A DNA stretch of 64,000 nt from Patescibacteria group bacterium. Lineage in GTDB: Bacteria > Patescibacteriota > Doudnabacteria > UBA920 > VMFF01. Under the pieces are notes generated by a model. The model made no database searches. It was given only the letters and a program-made list of their open reading frames with translations, and was not told the DNA's origin. Shown piece after piece: positions 1 to 8,145 of the stretch; the first letter of the stretch is position 1; each line of letters starts with the position of its first letter. Location of the stretch: assembly GCA_038065615.1 (NCBI GenBank), contig JBBTQQ010000007.1:12473-76472 (forward strand), read 5' to 3'. Position numbers and translations under genes: made by a program.

Positions 1-1020
1 GTTAACAATTCGGAATGTAACGTTTTTTGTTCCAACAGAAGCCAAGCAATCAAGGATGTATCTGTGGTTGAATATTATTTTTCCAGCATCACCTTTTACT
101 GAAGACGAAACATTAACCTTACTTTCTCCAATATCTCCAGATGAAGCACTTATCTCTAAATGGTCTGGTTCTGAAAACTCTAAAGTCACGTTGTTCCCAG
201 TTTGAGTAAATATTCCAGCTGTTCGCATTGCAGAACTTAAATCTTCAAGAGACAAATCAATTTCAGTGTTGAAGTTTGTTGGAACAATTGCTTTGTATTC
301 CGGGTATTGTCCGTCAATTAAGCGAGATGTTAATTCTGTGTCCTCGGTTTTAAACATCACCTGGTTTTGGGTGAAGTAAACAGAAATGGTTTGTGTATCT
401 GTGTTTGTCAAAATCTTTGCTAGTTCTTGTATAGTTTTGTTTGGAACAATAATGTTTTTCTGAACACTCCCCTTAACACTAATTTCTTTCTCGGCTAAAC
501 GATATCTGTCGGTTGCTACTAGTTTTAATTTAGCGTCATCAAAGGCGAATAGGACACCTGAAATTTCTGGTTGACTCTCGCTGTATGCTGCAGCAAAAAC
601 CGTCTGATATATACTGTTTTTAAGGTCTTTTCCATCTATCTCTACTGAATTCTGTTGATCTACTTGGGGAATTAAAGGGAACTCATCAGGACCAAGTCCT
701 TTAATTTTTGTCTTGTAATTGCTGGTTTCAATTAATAAATGATTGTCTTCAACGATCAAAGTGATGTTGTCGTTAGGAAGGTTGTTCACTAAATCGCTGA
801 TTGTTTTTGCCGGGACAGAAATACCACCCTCTTCCTCAACTTTACATCTAATCCACGTGTTAACACCCATCTCAAGGTTTGTTGAAGAAAGTTTTAGCCC
901 GCTCTGTTCTGTTTTTAAAAGTATATTATTTAAAACCGGGAGTGTTGTGCTTCCGTTTGAAACTCTTGATGTTATAGCTAATCCTTTTTTTAAATTTTCT
1001 TGTGTGCAAACTAATCGCAT
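1..1020 (-). CDS. dnaN: DNA polymerase III beta sliding clamp (partial; C-terminus beyond window start)
   Basis: Reverse-strand translation from the ATG at 1020 gives MRLVCTQENLKKGLAITSRVSNGSTTLPVLNNILLKTEQSGLKLSSTNLEM..., a typical DnaN N-terminus. It lies directly downstream of dnaA and runs open to position 1. Confidence 0.85.
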   Translation of the reverse strand, partial: MRLVCTQENLKKGLAITSRVSNGSTTLPVLNNILLKTEQSGLKLSSTNLEMGVNTWIRCKVEEEGGISVPAKTISDLVNNLPNDNITLIVEDNHLLIETSNYKTKIKGLGPDEFPLIPQVDQQNSVEIDGKDLKNSIYQTVFAAAYSESQPEISGVLFAFDDAKLKLVATDRYRLAEKEISVKGSVQKNIIVPNKTIQELAKILTNTDTQTISVYFTQNQVMFKTEDTELTSRLIDGQYPEYKAIVPTNFNTEIDLSLEDLSSAMRTAGIFTQTGNNVTLEFSEPDHLEISASSGDIGESKVNVSSSVKGDAGKIIFNHRYILDCLASVGTKNVTFRIVN

Positions 1021-1261
1021 ATATATTAATTTAATAGTTTAATAAATATAGTAGTAGTAATAAGGGGTGTGGATTCAGTGGAGAAGTTTTTTTATGTTAC
1101 TCTGTTTGTGTTTTGTTGAAGAAAGTTTGTAACTATTATTCGGATAACTTTGTGTACAACCTGCGTCTATTTTTCTAATAAAAATTCCATCTTTTTTTAA
1201 ACTTGAGTTGTGAACTTTTCTTGAACAACTATTGCATCCTTAGAGGAACAAGTTTGGAACA

Positions 1262-2623
1262 CTACATGTACAACTTATTCACAATTAAATCTATCTCTTG
1301 CTTTAATGATTCTTTTTCGCTCATCAATTTAGAAATTTTATCTACCGCGTGCATAACCGTTGTGTGGTCTCTCCCGCCGAAGTGATCACCAATACTTGGG
1401 AATGAATTTTCTAGTTGTTTGCGCATTAAAAACATTGCTATTTGTCTTGGTTTAACGAATTCTTTTCTTCTGGACTGTTTTAAAAGATCCTCTGTTGTGA
1501 TGTTGTAGAAATCAGAAACAACCTCCATTAGTTTTTTAACAGAAACAACTCTTTTCTTTGCTGAAGCAACACCAACTAAAACGCTTTTAACCTGCTCTAG
1601 TGTTGGTTTAGTGTTGTTTAGCTGACAGTAGACCATTAAACGGTTTAGAGCGCCCTCCAACTCTCTTATGTTGCTCTGGATGGTTTCTGCTATGTGGGTT
1701 AGAACCTCCGTGCTTACTTCATAGTGTTTTTCCCCGGCTTTTGAGCGTAAAATGGCTAGTCTGGTCTCAAAATCAGGGGCTTGGATATCAGCAATCATTC
1801 CCCATTCAAACCGAGAAACAAGCCTTTCTTCAATTGCTGGAATATCTTTTGGTAATCGGTCTGATGAAAGGATTATTTGCTTGTTATTTTGATGTAAGGT
1901 GTTAAAAGTATGGAAGAATTCTTCTTGAGTTTGTTCTTTTCCTGCTAGAAACTGGATGTCGTCAATCATTAACAGATCTACATTACGATACAGTTCTTTG
2001 AATTGAGCAACTTTCCCCAAACTTATTGCTTGGACAAATTCGTTTGTAAATTTTTCGCTTGTAACATACAAAACTTTTGCTTGTGGGTTGGTTTTTAAGA
2101 CCTCGTGTCCTACTGCTTGCATTAAGTGAGTCTTTCCAAGCCCTACTCCACCGTACAAAAAAAGAGGGTTGTAAACTTGCCCTGGATTTTTAGCAATCGC
2201 AGCACATGCCGCATGTGCAAGTTCATTCCCTTTTCCTGTGATGAAGGTTTCAAAAGCGTATTTTGGATTTAAACCATGGGTATTTTGTGTATTTGTTGGT
2301 CTTTGAGTTGTTTGCGCTTGTGTTGCTGAGACTGTTCTCTGGTTTGTTTCAGTAGTTGTCTTTGGAGAAGGTGTGTTTCCGCCAAGAACTTGGTATCTCA
2401 CTTCCTTTATTTCAGGAGCAATCATTTTTAGTGCTTTGGCGATCTCAATGTTGTACTTGTTTTGCAACCATTCTTTGGTAAATCCATTAGGTACGCTGAC
2501 TATTATATGGTCATCGTTTTTTTCTAGAATAGCTGTATTTTTAAACCAAGTTGTAAAATTGGCTTTGCTTAATGATACTTCGAGGTTACCTAAAATAGCC
2601 TGCCAAAGTTGTTGGTTGGTCAT
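1262..2623 (-). CDS. dnaA: Chromosomal replication initiator DnaA
   Basis: 453 aa with an AAA+ Walker A (GGVGLGKTHL) and a C-terminal DnaA box-binding domain. It has the conserved dnaA-dnaN synteny. Confidence 0.95.
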   Translation of the reverse strand: MTNQQLWQAILGNLEVSLSKANFTTWFKNTAILEKNDDHIIVSVPNGFTKEWLQNKYNIEIAKALKMIAPEIKEVRYQVLGGNTPSPKTTTETNQRTVSATQAQTTQRPTNTQNTHGLNPKYAFETFITGKGNELAHAACAAIAKNPGQVYNPLFLYGGVGLGKTHLMQAVGHEVLKTNPQAKVLYVTSEKFTNEFVQAISLGKVAQFKELYRNVDLLMIDDIQFLAGKEQTQEEFFHTFNTLHQNNKQIILSSDRLPKDIPAIEERLVSRFEWGMIADIQAPDFETRLAILRSKAGEKHYEVSTEVLTHIAETIQSNIRELEGALNRLMVYCQLNNTKPTLEQVKSVLVGVASAKKRVVSVKKLMEVVSDFYNITTEDLLKQSRRKEFVKPRQIAMFLMRKQLENSFPSIGDHFGGRDHTTVMHAVDKISKLMSEKESLKQEIDLIVNKLYM

Positions 2624-2801
2624 AGAAGAGAGGTCTCCAAATTCACACGTTTTATTTCAATACCAGCATTCTAACAAGTAGTTATCAACATGTAAAATAT
2701 TTGGAAACTCTTTAAAATATGGAGAAAAATAACGGGATTGTTAATATCATGTGTATATCCTGATGATATTTATTCGAAGCATTTTTAGTGTTAAGAGGAC
2801 T

Positions 2802-2829
2802 TGAAAAAAAGCTGAATTAAAAGTATAAT
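2802..2829 (+). promoter_or_regulatory. sigma70-like promoter (TTGAAA, 16-nt spacer, TATAAT) upstream of rpmH-rnpA
   Basis: TTGAAA at about 2802-2807 and TATAAT at about 2824-2829, roughly 30 nt upstream of the rpmH ATG. Confidence 0.5.
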
Positions 2830-2857
2830 ACAGAGGTCAATATTAATCTTTTTAAAG

Positions 2858-2992
2858 ATGAAACGAACTTATCAGCCAAAGAAAATCAAGAGAAAGCGCA
2901 AACACGGTTTTAGAAAGCGTATGCGCACCACTAAGGGTAGAAATGTTTTGGCAAGACGACGTGCGAAAAAGAGAAAAAAGCTTACAGTTTAA
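2858..2992 (+). CDS. rpmH: 50S ribosomal protein L34
   Basis: Translation [44 protein letters not shown] is canonical L34. It was missed by the ORF track because of its size. Confidence 0.95.
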   Translation: MKRTYQPKKIKRKRKHGFRKRMRTTKGRNVLARRRAKKRKKLTV

Positions 2993-3009
2993 CGCTCTCA
3001 ACAATTTGC

Positions 3010-3345
3010 ATGCTTAAGAAAGCAAACAGGATAAACAAAACCAGGGAATTACAAAAGGTGTACCGCACAGGATTAACCATGCATACATCCGCCCTGGTTA
3101 TTAAATTTGTTGCCTCCCCTAAAACTAGGACTGCTTTTGTTGTGTCCAAGAAAATTTCTAAGCTTTCTGTTGAAAGAAATAGAGTTAAAAGGGTTTTGAG
3201 AGAACAGATGAGACTAGCATTACCAAATTTAGTTACCGGTGATTATATGTTGGTTGCTAAACCAAAAGCAGCAAGCTACGAGAATAAAGAACTTGTTGAA
3301 CAATTAAAGTATACTTTGACAAGAAGCAAGGTTTTAAAGACATAG
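3010..3345 (+). CDS. rnpA: RNase P protein component
   Basis: 111 aa basic protein following rpmH, with RnpA-like sequence (VVSKKISKLSVERNRVKRVLRE). Confidence 0.85.
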   Translation: MLKKANRINKTRELQKVYRTGLTMHTSALVIKFVASPKTRTAFVVSKKISKLSVERNRVKRVLREQMRLALPNLVTGDYMLVAKPKAASYENKELVEQLKYTLTRSKVLKT

Positions 3346-3346
3346 T

Positions 3347-3574
3347 ATGAAAAGAATTATCGTTGGATTAATAACTGTATATCAGAAAACCATTTCTCCA
3401 GATCACGGGGTTTTTAAGCATAGACACCCGAACGGTTTTTGTAAGTACTACCCCTCTTGTTCTGAATATACTAAGCAATCCGTTGAAAAACACGGTATTT
3501 TAGGGCTTTTTAAAGGGATTTATAGAATATTAAGATGCAATTCTTGGTCACAAGGTGGCATAGATTTAGCTTAA
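3347..3574 (+). CDS. yidD: Membrane protein insertion efficiency factor YidD
   Basis: 75 aa with the YPSCSEY motif of the YidD/DUF37 family, in the rnpA-yidD-yidC arrangement. Confidence 0.85.
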   Translation: MKRIIVGLITVYQKTISPDHGVFKHRHPNGFCKYYPSCSEYTKQSVEKHGILGLFKGIYRILRCNSWSQGGIDLA

Positions 3575-3577
3575 AAT

Positions 3578-4288
3578 ATGGGTCATTTATTCCAGATAAT
3601 TTTAGTTGATCCGCTGATTAACCTGATGGTCCTTGGGTACCAATATATACCAGATATTGGTGTTGTTATTATTTTGATAACCATTGTTGTTCGTTTGTTG
3701 TTGCTCCCCTCTTTTCACAAGTCTTTGAAAGCACAACGAGCAATGACTGAGCTGCAACCAAAGCTGAACGATCTTCGTGAAAAACACAAAGAGGATAAGG
3801 TTGCGCAAAGCCAAGCAATCATGGCTTTGTATCAAGAACACAAAGTTAGTCCATTGGGTTCTTGTTTGCCTTTGTTGATTCAGTTGCCTTTGTTGATTGC
3901 TTTGTATAAAGTTTTTATTTTAGGACTCGGTGGTTCTGAATTACAAACTTATTTATATCCATGGGTTCATAATCCAGGTATTTTAGATCCAACGTTTTTT
4001 AACCTTGTAGACTTGTCTAAGCCAAGCATAATCTTTGGTGTTGTTGCTGGTATAGCTCAGTTTGTTCAATCAAAGATGATGGTTTCTTCACAAAGCGGAG
4101 CTACAATGGATACAACTCAAAAAGCTTTGCAGATTCAGACAGTTTATGTTTTCCCAATCCTAACCGTGCTTTTGTCTATTAAACTTCCTGCTGGTTTACC
4201 TCTGTACTGGATTGTTACTACCCTGTTTGCTATAGGGCAGCAATATTATATAATGAAGGGCAATAAACCAAAGGTAGAGGTTGTATGA
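3578..4288 (+). CDS. yidC: Membrane protein insertase YidC (short form)
   Basis: 236 aa multi-TM protein with a YidC/Oxa1 core, in conserved synteny after yidD. Confidence 0.85.
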   Translation: MGHLFQIILVDPLINLMVLGYQYIPDIGVVIILITIVVRLLLLPSFHKSLKAQRAMTELQPKLNDLREKHKEDKVAQSQAIMALYQEHKVSPLGSCLPLLIQLPLLIALYKVFILGLGGSELQTYLYPWVHNPGILDPTFFNLVDLSKPSIIFGVVAGIAQFVQSKMMVSSQSGATMDTTQKALQIQTVYVFPILTVLLSIKLPAGLPLYWIVTTLFAIGQQYYIMKGNKPKVEVV

Positions 4289-4785
4289 ACTTAGACGATA
4301 ATCAAGAAAATCAAGGTCCAGTTCAAGAAATTAAAACCGCGGAAATCGCGGCTTTAATTAAAGAAGCGCTTGAAAAGATGAGCGTAGATTCAAGCGTAAG
4401 TGTAGAACAAAATGTTCAAGGTTTTACTTTTAACATTTCATCCCCTGATTCTAACTTGTTGATTGGTCAACGCGGGGCTAATCTTCATGCCTTGCAAACC
4501 TTGATTCACAATATTGCTTACAAGAAATATGGACCAACCGACCGCTTTATTCTAGATGTAGACGATTACAAAAAGAAAAGAGAGTGGTATTTAAGAGAAA
4601 CAGCAAAGAAAGCAGTAGAACAACTTAAGAGAACTGGACGTCCTGTTGCTCTAGAACCAATGCCACCACACGACCGAAGAGTAATACACGCATTTTTGTC
4701 AGCAGACTTTGATTTTGAAACAGAGAGTATTGGAGAAGAACCAAACAGAAGGATAGTAATAAAGCCAAAAGAAAAAGGATTTTAA
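4285..4785 (+). CDS. jag: RNA-binding protein Jag/KhpB (KH + R3H domains)
   Basis: 166 aa with a KH-like LIGQRGANLHALQ segment and an R3H-like C-terminus, overlapping the yidC stop by 4 nt. Confidence 0.8.
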   Translation: MNLDDNQENQGPVQEIKTAEIAALIKEALEKMSVDSSVSVEQNVQGFTFNISSPDSNLLIGQRGANLHALQTLIHNIAYKKYGPTDRFILDVDDYKKKREWYLRETAKKAVEQLKRTGRPVALEPMPPHDRRVIHAFLSADFDFETESIGEEPNRRIVIKPKEKGF

Positions 4786-4796
4786 AAGAATAATTA

Positions 4797-4827
4797 AAAG
4801 ACCCCGGAACATACCGGGGTCTTTTAA
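4797..4827 (+). terminator. Rho-independent terminator after jag
   Basis: GACCCCGGAACATACCGGGGTC hairpin followed by a T-run. Confidence 0.7.
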
Positions 4828-4844
4828 TTTAGTTCTTGTGCTCC

Positions 4845-4873
4845 TTGACATTTCTTTGGCGAAAGATTATAGT
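4845..4873 (+). promoter_or_regulatory. sigma70-like promoter (TTGACA, 17-nt spacer, TATAGT)
   Basis: TTGACA at about 4845-4850 and TATAGT at about 4868-4873. Confidence 0.55.
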
Positions 4874-4879
4874 TTGGAC

Positions 4880-4957
4880 ATGCAAAATCAACCTCAAAAT
4901 TTCAGCTATTACTTCAGCTACTGTAAACAGGGTTGGCATTTGCAATTGCTTAAGTAA
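4880..4957 (+). CDS. Putative attenuator leader peptide MQNQPQNFSYYFSYCKQGWHLQLLK (Phe/Tyr-rich)
   Basis: A 25-codon ORF begins about 7 nt after the -10 element. It has a run of 5 Phe/Tyr codons in 7 positions (F-S-Y-Y-F-S-Y). It is followed by a terminator hairpin, then the tyrA-pheA fusion gene. Confidence 0.45.
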   Translation: MQNQPQNFSYYFSYCKQGWHLQLLK

Positions 4958-4980
4958 GTAGATTTAGAAAGTAATTCAGC

Positions 4981-5012
4981 AACCCTTCGCTTCGTGCCAA
5001 GGGTTGTTTTTT
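4981..5012 (+). terminator. Candidate attenuator terminator upstream of tyrA-pheA
   Basis: AACCCTT-CGCTTCGTGCC-AAGGGTT hairpin followed by GTTTTTTT, 13 nt before the RBS/ATG of the downstream gene. Confidence 0.55.
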
Positions 5013-5024
5013 TAAAGGAAACAT

Positions 5025-6311
5025 ATGGAAACAGTCAGTATTATCGGTCATGGTAGGTTCGGTAAAGTTCTTGAAAAGATTTTAAGGACTGATTTTAACG
5101 TGCTTATTCATGATAGGTATTCGCCTAAATCAGTTACTGCTGAAAAAGCATGGCAAGCAAAAATAATTTTCATGGCAGTTCCGATTTCTAAATTTGAGGA
5201 GTCCCTTAAAGGCAATCTTAAATACTTAAGAACTGGACAAACTATAATTGATACCCTTTCTGTTAAAAGTCATCCAGACAAGATTTTGAAAAAATATTTG
5301 AAAGGAAAAGGAATAAACGTAATATTATCGCATCCGCTTTTCGGTCCGGACAGCTTTAGTGCTAAATCAAAAGGATTGTCCATTGTGATGTGGCCAAGTC
5401 TGGGATCAAAAAAAGAATACAAATTTTGGAAGGATTTTTTCCAGGTAAAAGGTTTTACGGTGGTAGAGCTAAGCCCCAAAAATCATGACCGTCTTGCAGC
5501 ATATTCTCAGGGATTAACTCACTTTGTAGGCAGGTTGCTGGAAGCTATTCATTTTAAGCCAACCGCAATTGACACATTGGGGGCAAAAAAACTTCATGAA
5601 ATAATGCAGCAAACTTGTAATGATTCCTGGAAACTTTTCCAGGATCTTCAAACCTACAATCCATACACCAAGCAAATGCGCCTAGATTTAGGAGTTGCGT
5701 ACAAAAAGATTTACGGACAGTTGTTACCTTCCAATCTAGGACTTCCCATATACGGAATACAAGGTGGCAAAGGTAGTTTTAGTGAACAAGCGCTAACAAG
5801 TTACACTCAAGCTGAAAACATCAAACACTTTAAAATCAAATACCTTTTCACCTCTGAAAAGGTATTGAATGAGCTAAATAAAGGGGGAATAGATTTTGGA
5901 GTATTCGCAATAGCGAATGGCACAGGAGGTCTGGTTGAGGAGTCAATGCAGGCAATAGCAAAATATAGCTTTGAGGTTGAAAACAATATTCCAATTTTTG
6001 TCAGGCATTGCTTAATGCGACGCAAAGATGCCAAAGGATCAATAAAAACAATTATGGCTCACGAACAGGTTTTCATGCAATGTAAAAATACTCTACGCAG
6101 AAAATATCCGAGAACAAAATTAGCAACCGGAGTTGGCGCAATGATTGATACGGCAAAAGTAGCTGAAACTTTAAGATCAGGCAAACTAAGCAAAAATGTC
6201 GCCATTCTAGGCCCCAAGATTTTAGCTGAAATGTATGACTTTGAGATATTAGACCAAGACCTCCAAGATAACAAAAAAAATACTACTACATTCTTAATAG
6301 TACGACGATGA
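5025..6311 (+). CDS. Bifunctional prephenate dehydrogenase (TyrA-like N-terminus) / prephenate dehydratase (PheA-like C-terminus) fusion, no ACT domain
   Basis: The N-terminus has a GHGRFG NAD-binding loop, SHPLFGP and NHDRLAAYSQGLTHF TyrA motifs. The C-terminal half has a PDT domain (IYGIQGGKGSFSEQA ... NTTTFLIV, matching the TRF motif). The protein ends right after the PDT domain. Confidence 0.75.
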   Translation: METVSIIGHGRFGKVLEKILRTDFNVLIHDRYSPKSVTAEKAWQAKIIFMAVPISKFEESLKGNLKYLRTGQTIIDTLSVKSHPDKILKKYLKGKGINVILSHPLFGPDSFSAKSKGLSIVMWPSLGSKKEYKFWKDFFQVKGFTVVELSPKNHDRLAAYSQGLTHFVGRLLEAIHFKPTAIDTLGAKKLHEIMQQTCNDSWKLFQDLQTYNPYTKQMRLDLGVAYKKIYGQLLPSNLGLPIYGIQGGKGSFSEQALTSYTQAENIKHFKIKYLFTSEKVLNELNKGGIDFGVFAIANGTGGLVEESMQAIAKYSFEVENNIPIFVRHCLMRRKDAKGSIKTIMAHEQVFMQCKNTLRRKYPRTKLATGVGAMIDTAKVAETLRSGKLSKNVAILGPKILAEMYDFEILDQDLQDNKKNTTTFLIVRR

Positions 6312-6390
6312 AAAAGCTCTATACACAATCTTTTTACTTTTATTTTATGCCTGGCTGAAGCTAGGGATTTTGAGTTGAAAAAATCGACTC

Positions 6391-6424
6391 AAGCTTCCTG
6401 GTTTTGGCCAGGAAGCTTTTTGGT
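6391..6424 (+). terminator. Rho-independent terminator after tyrA-pheA
   Basis: Perfect 11-bp stem AAGCTTCCTGG-TTTTGG-CCAGGAAGCTT followed by TTTTGG. Confidence 0.75.
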
Positions 6425-6473
6425 TCTTTAACAACCTTACCATGTCACCTTGTCACCCTTTTGGAGAAACACC

Positions 6474-7334
6474 ATGACACGAAAGATGCGTTACGAGAAA
6501 GTAATCCCTGTTATGAAGCACCAAAATTTGGTTAAGATCGGACATATGCACCTTGGTGGATGCGATTTTAAAACGGAGAAGTGCAGACCGTTTGTGATCG
6601 CCGGTCCATGCTCAGTAGAAGGGCTGGAGACGATGGAACAAACCGCTCGTTCTGTGCAGAGTTCTGGGGCAACAGCCCTGCGTGGTGGCGCTTTCAAACC
6701 TAGAACATCTCCGTATGAATTCCGGGGAATGCAGGAGGAAGGGCTAAAGATTCTGCGCGAGGTCAGTAATCAAACCAACATGCCGGTAGTGACTGAAGCA
6801 ATGGATACCAGACATGTTGATCTGGTTGCTTCCTATGCTGACGCCATCCAAATCGGCGCGCGAAACATGCAAAACTTCGCATTGCTTGAAGCATCTGGGG
6901 CAACAGGGAAACCTGTCCTGCTGAAGCGGGGGCCTTCGGCGACAATCAAGGAATTCTTGCTCGCCGCAGAATATATCATGAACGCAGGATCCCACGACCA
7001 GGTAATTCTGTGCGAGCGCGGGTTACGCAGCTTTGATAGCTACACCAGGAACCTTCTCGATATATCGGCTGTACCCGTGTTGCAATCAATGACTGATTTG
7101 CCTGTGATCGTTGATCCGAGCCATGCTGCCGGACGCAGTGATATTGTTCCCGCTTTATGCTATGCGGCTATTGCAGCAGGTGCGAACGGGCTAATTGTGG
7201 AAGTGCATCCCAACCCCAGAAAAGCGTTAACTGACGGTGATCAATCGCTCAACCTGTTTCAGTTTAGATACATGATGTACAAATTGGAATTGATTTCGGC
7301 CTGTACGCGGAGCAATGAAGGGGGTTACTCATGA
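6474..7334 (+). CDS. aroF: 3-deoxy-7-phosphoheptulonate (DAHP) synthase, class I-beta-like
   Basis: GPCSVEG ... [16 protein letters not shown] core. ATG at 6474 has a GGAGA RBS; the track gives a TTG start at 6450. Local GC is about 50% against a ~35% background. Confidence 0.8.
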   Translation: MTRKMRYEKVIPVMKHQNLVKIGHMHLGGCDFKTEKCRPFVIAGPCSVEGLETMEQTARSVQSSGATALRGGAFKPRTSPYEFRGMQEEGLKILREVSNQTNMPVVTEAMDTRHVDLVASYADAIQIGARNMQNFALLEASGATGKPVLLKRGPSATIKEFLLAAEYIMNAGSHDQVILCERGLRSFDSYTRNLLDISAVPVLQSMTDLPVIVDPSHAAGRSDIVPALCYAAIAAGANGLIVEVHPNPRKALTDGDQSLNLFQFRYMMYKLELISACTRSNEGGYS

Positions 7335-7855
7335 ACGACTCTGGACATCGGCTTCTAAGTCTGCGAAGCAAAATTAAGAAAATTGATCTGCAAGTTCTTA
7401 AGCTAATTGCCCAAAGGATGGCGGTTGCAGAACAGATCGGGAGAACGAAGGCAGAATTTAGAATTCCGATTGAGAACGCTGAACAAGAAAGGGCCGTAAT
7501 GAACACCATATTGGTTGCTGCGGAGCAGGCTGCTCTCCCAGCAGACGATGTGACAGAAATCTTTTTGCTAATAATCTCTCTCAGCAAGAAGATGCAGGGT
7601 GCAATCATGAAGAAAAAGGAGGTCAAATCCGGCGTCGTCAAAGAAGAGATAATCCATGGCTTGGGTTATTGGACCAGACACGGATTTACGTCGGTGCCAG
7701 ACGAGAAATTCACCGAAGCGGAGATTATTGCCGCAAATGGGGGTAGCAGAGTTGGCGCGGGATACACAAATCTCGCCGGTGAAAACTGTGAGCTTCCAAG
7801 CTATTACCGTAGATGGAGCAAGTGGTGTAAAACAACAACTGAACCGGAGGAATAA
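7331..7855 (+). CDS. Chorismate mutase (AroQ class) with an uncharacterised ~75-aa C-terminal extension
   Basis: The N-terminal ~95 aa ([33 protein letters not shown]...) matches the AroQ helical chorismate mutase domain. ATGA start/stop overlap with DAHP synthase. Confidence 0.7.
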   Translation: MNDSGHRLLSLRSKIKKIDLQVLKLIAQRMAVAEQIGRTKAEFRIPIENAEQERAVMNTILVAAEQAALPADDVTEIFLLIISLSKKMQGAIMKKKEVKSGVVKEEIIHGLGYWTRHGFTSVPDEKFTEAEIIAANGGSRVGAGYTNLAGENCELPSYYRRWSKWCKTTTEPEE

Positions 7856-7928
7856 TTAGGCCAACAAAATCATGGCAGATACACGGTAAGGGTTCCAATT
7901 CACTGCAAAGTGGATTGAGAACCCCCTG

Positions 7929-7961
7929 CCCTTAACACATCAATTGTTGGTGTCTTGAGGA
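7929..7961 (+). repeat. 33-bp repeat copy A (CCCTTAACACATCAATTGTTGGTGTCTTGAGGA)
   Basis: Matches 41090-41122 at 30 of 33 positions. Both copies sit at the right edge of a GC-rich segment. Confidence 0.7.
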
Positions 7962-8110
7962 CAGACCATCTAAATTTCGTTCCCAAGTAAACTGTCTAAA
8001 AGCTTTTTATAACATTATTACCAATGGTGTTTGATTCGTTGACGCCAAATTGACAAGACGAATCAAACATAATATTCTGATTTTGGTAAGCTGATATTCT
8101 ACCTGTCAGG

Positions 8111-8145
8111 AAAAGCCCCGCATTTAGCGGGGCTTTGTTTTTTTA
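8111..8145. terminator. Bidirectional rho-independent terminator
   Basis: AAAAGCCCCGCATTTAGCGGGGCTTT with flanking A/T runs, lying between convergent genes. Confidence 0.7.

Noticed and set aside
743-1042. 99-aa + strand ORF
   Set aside because: It lies entirely antisense to the well-supported dnaN coding sequence and has no features of its own.
3602-3841. 79-aa - strand ORF
   Set aside because: Antisense within yidC, with low-complexity composition.
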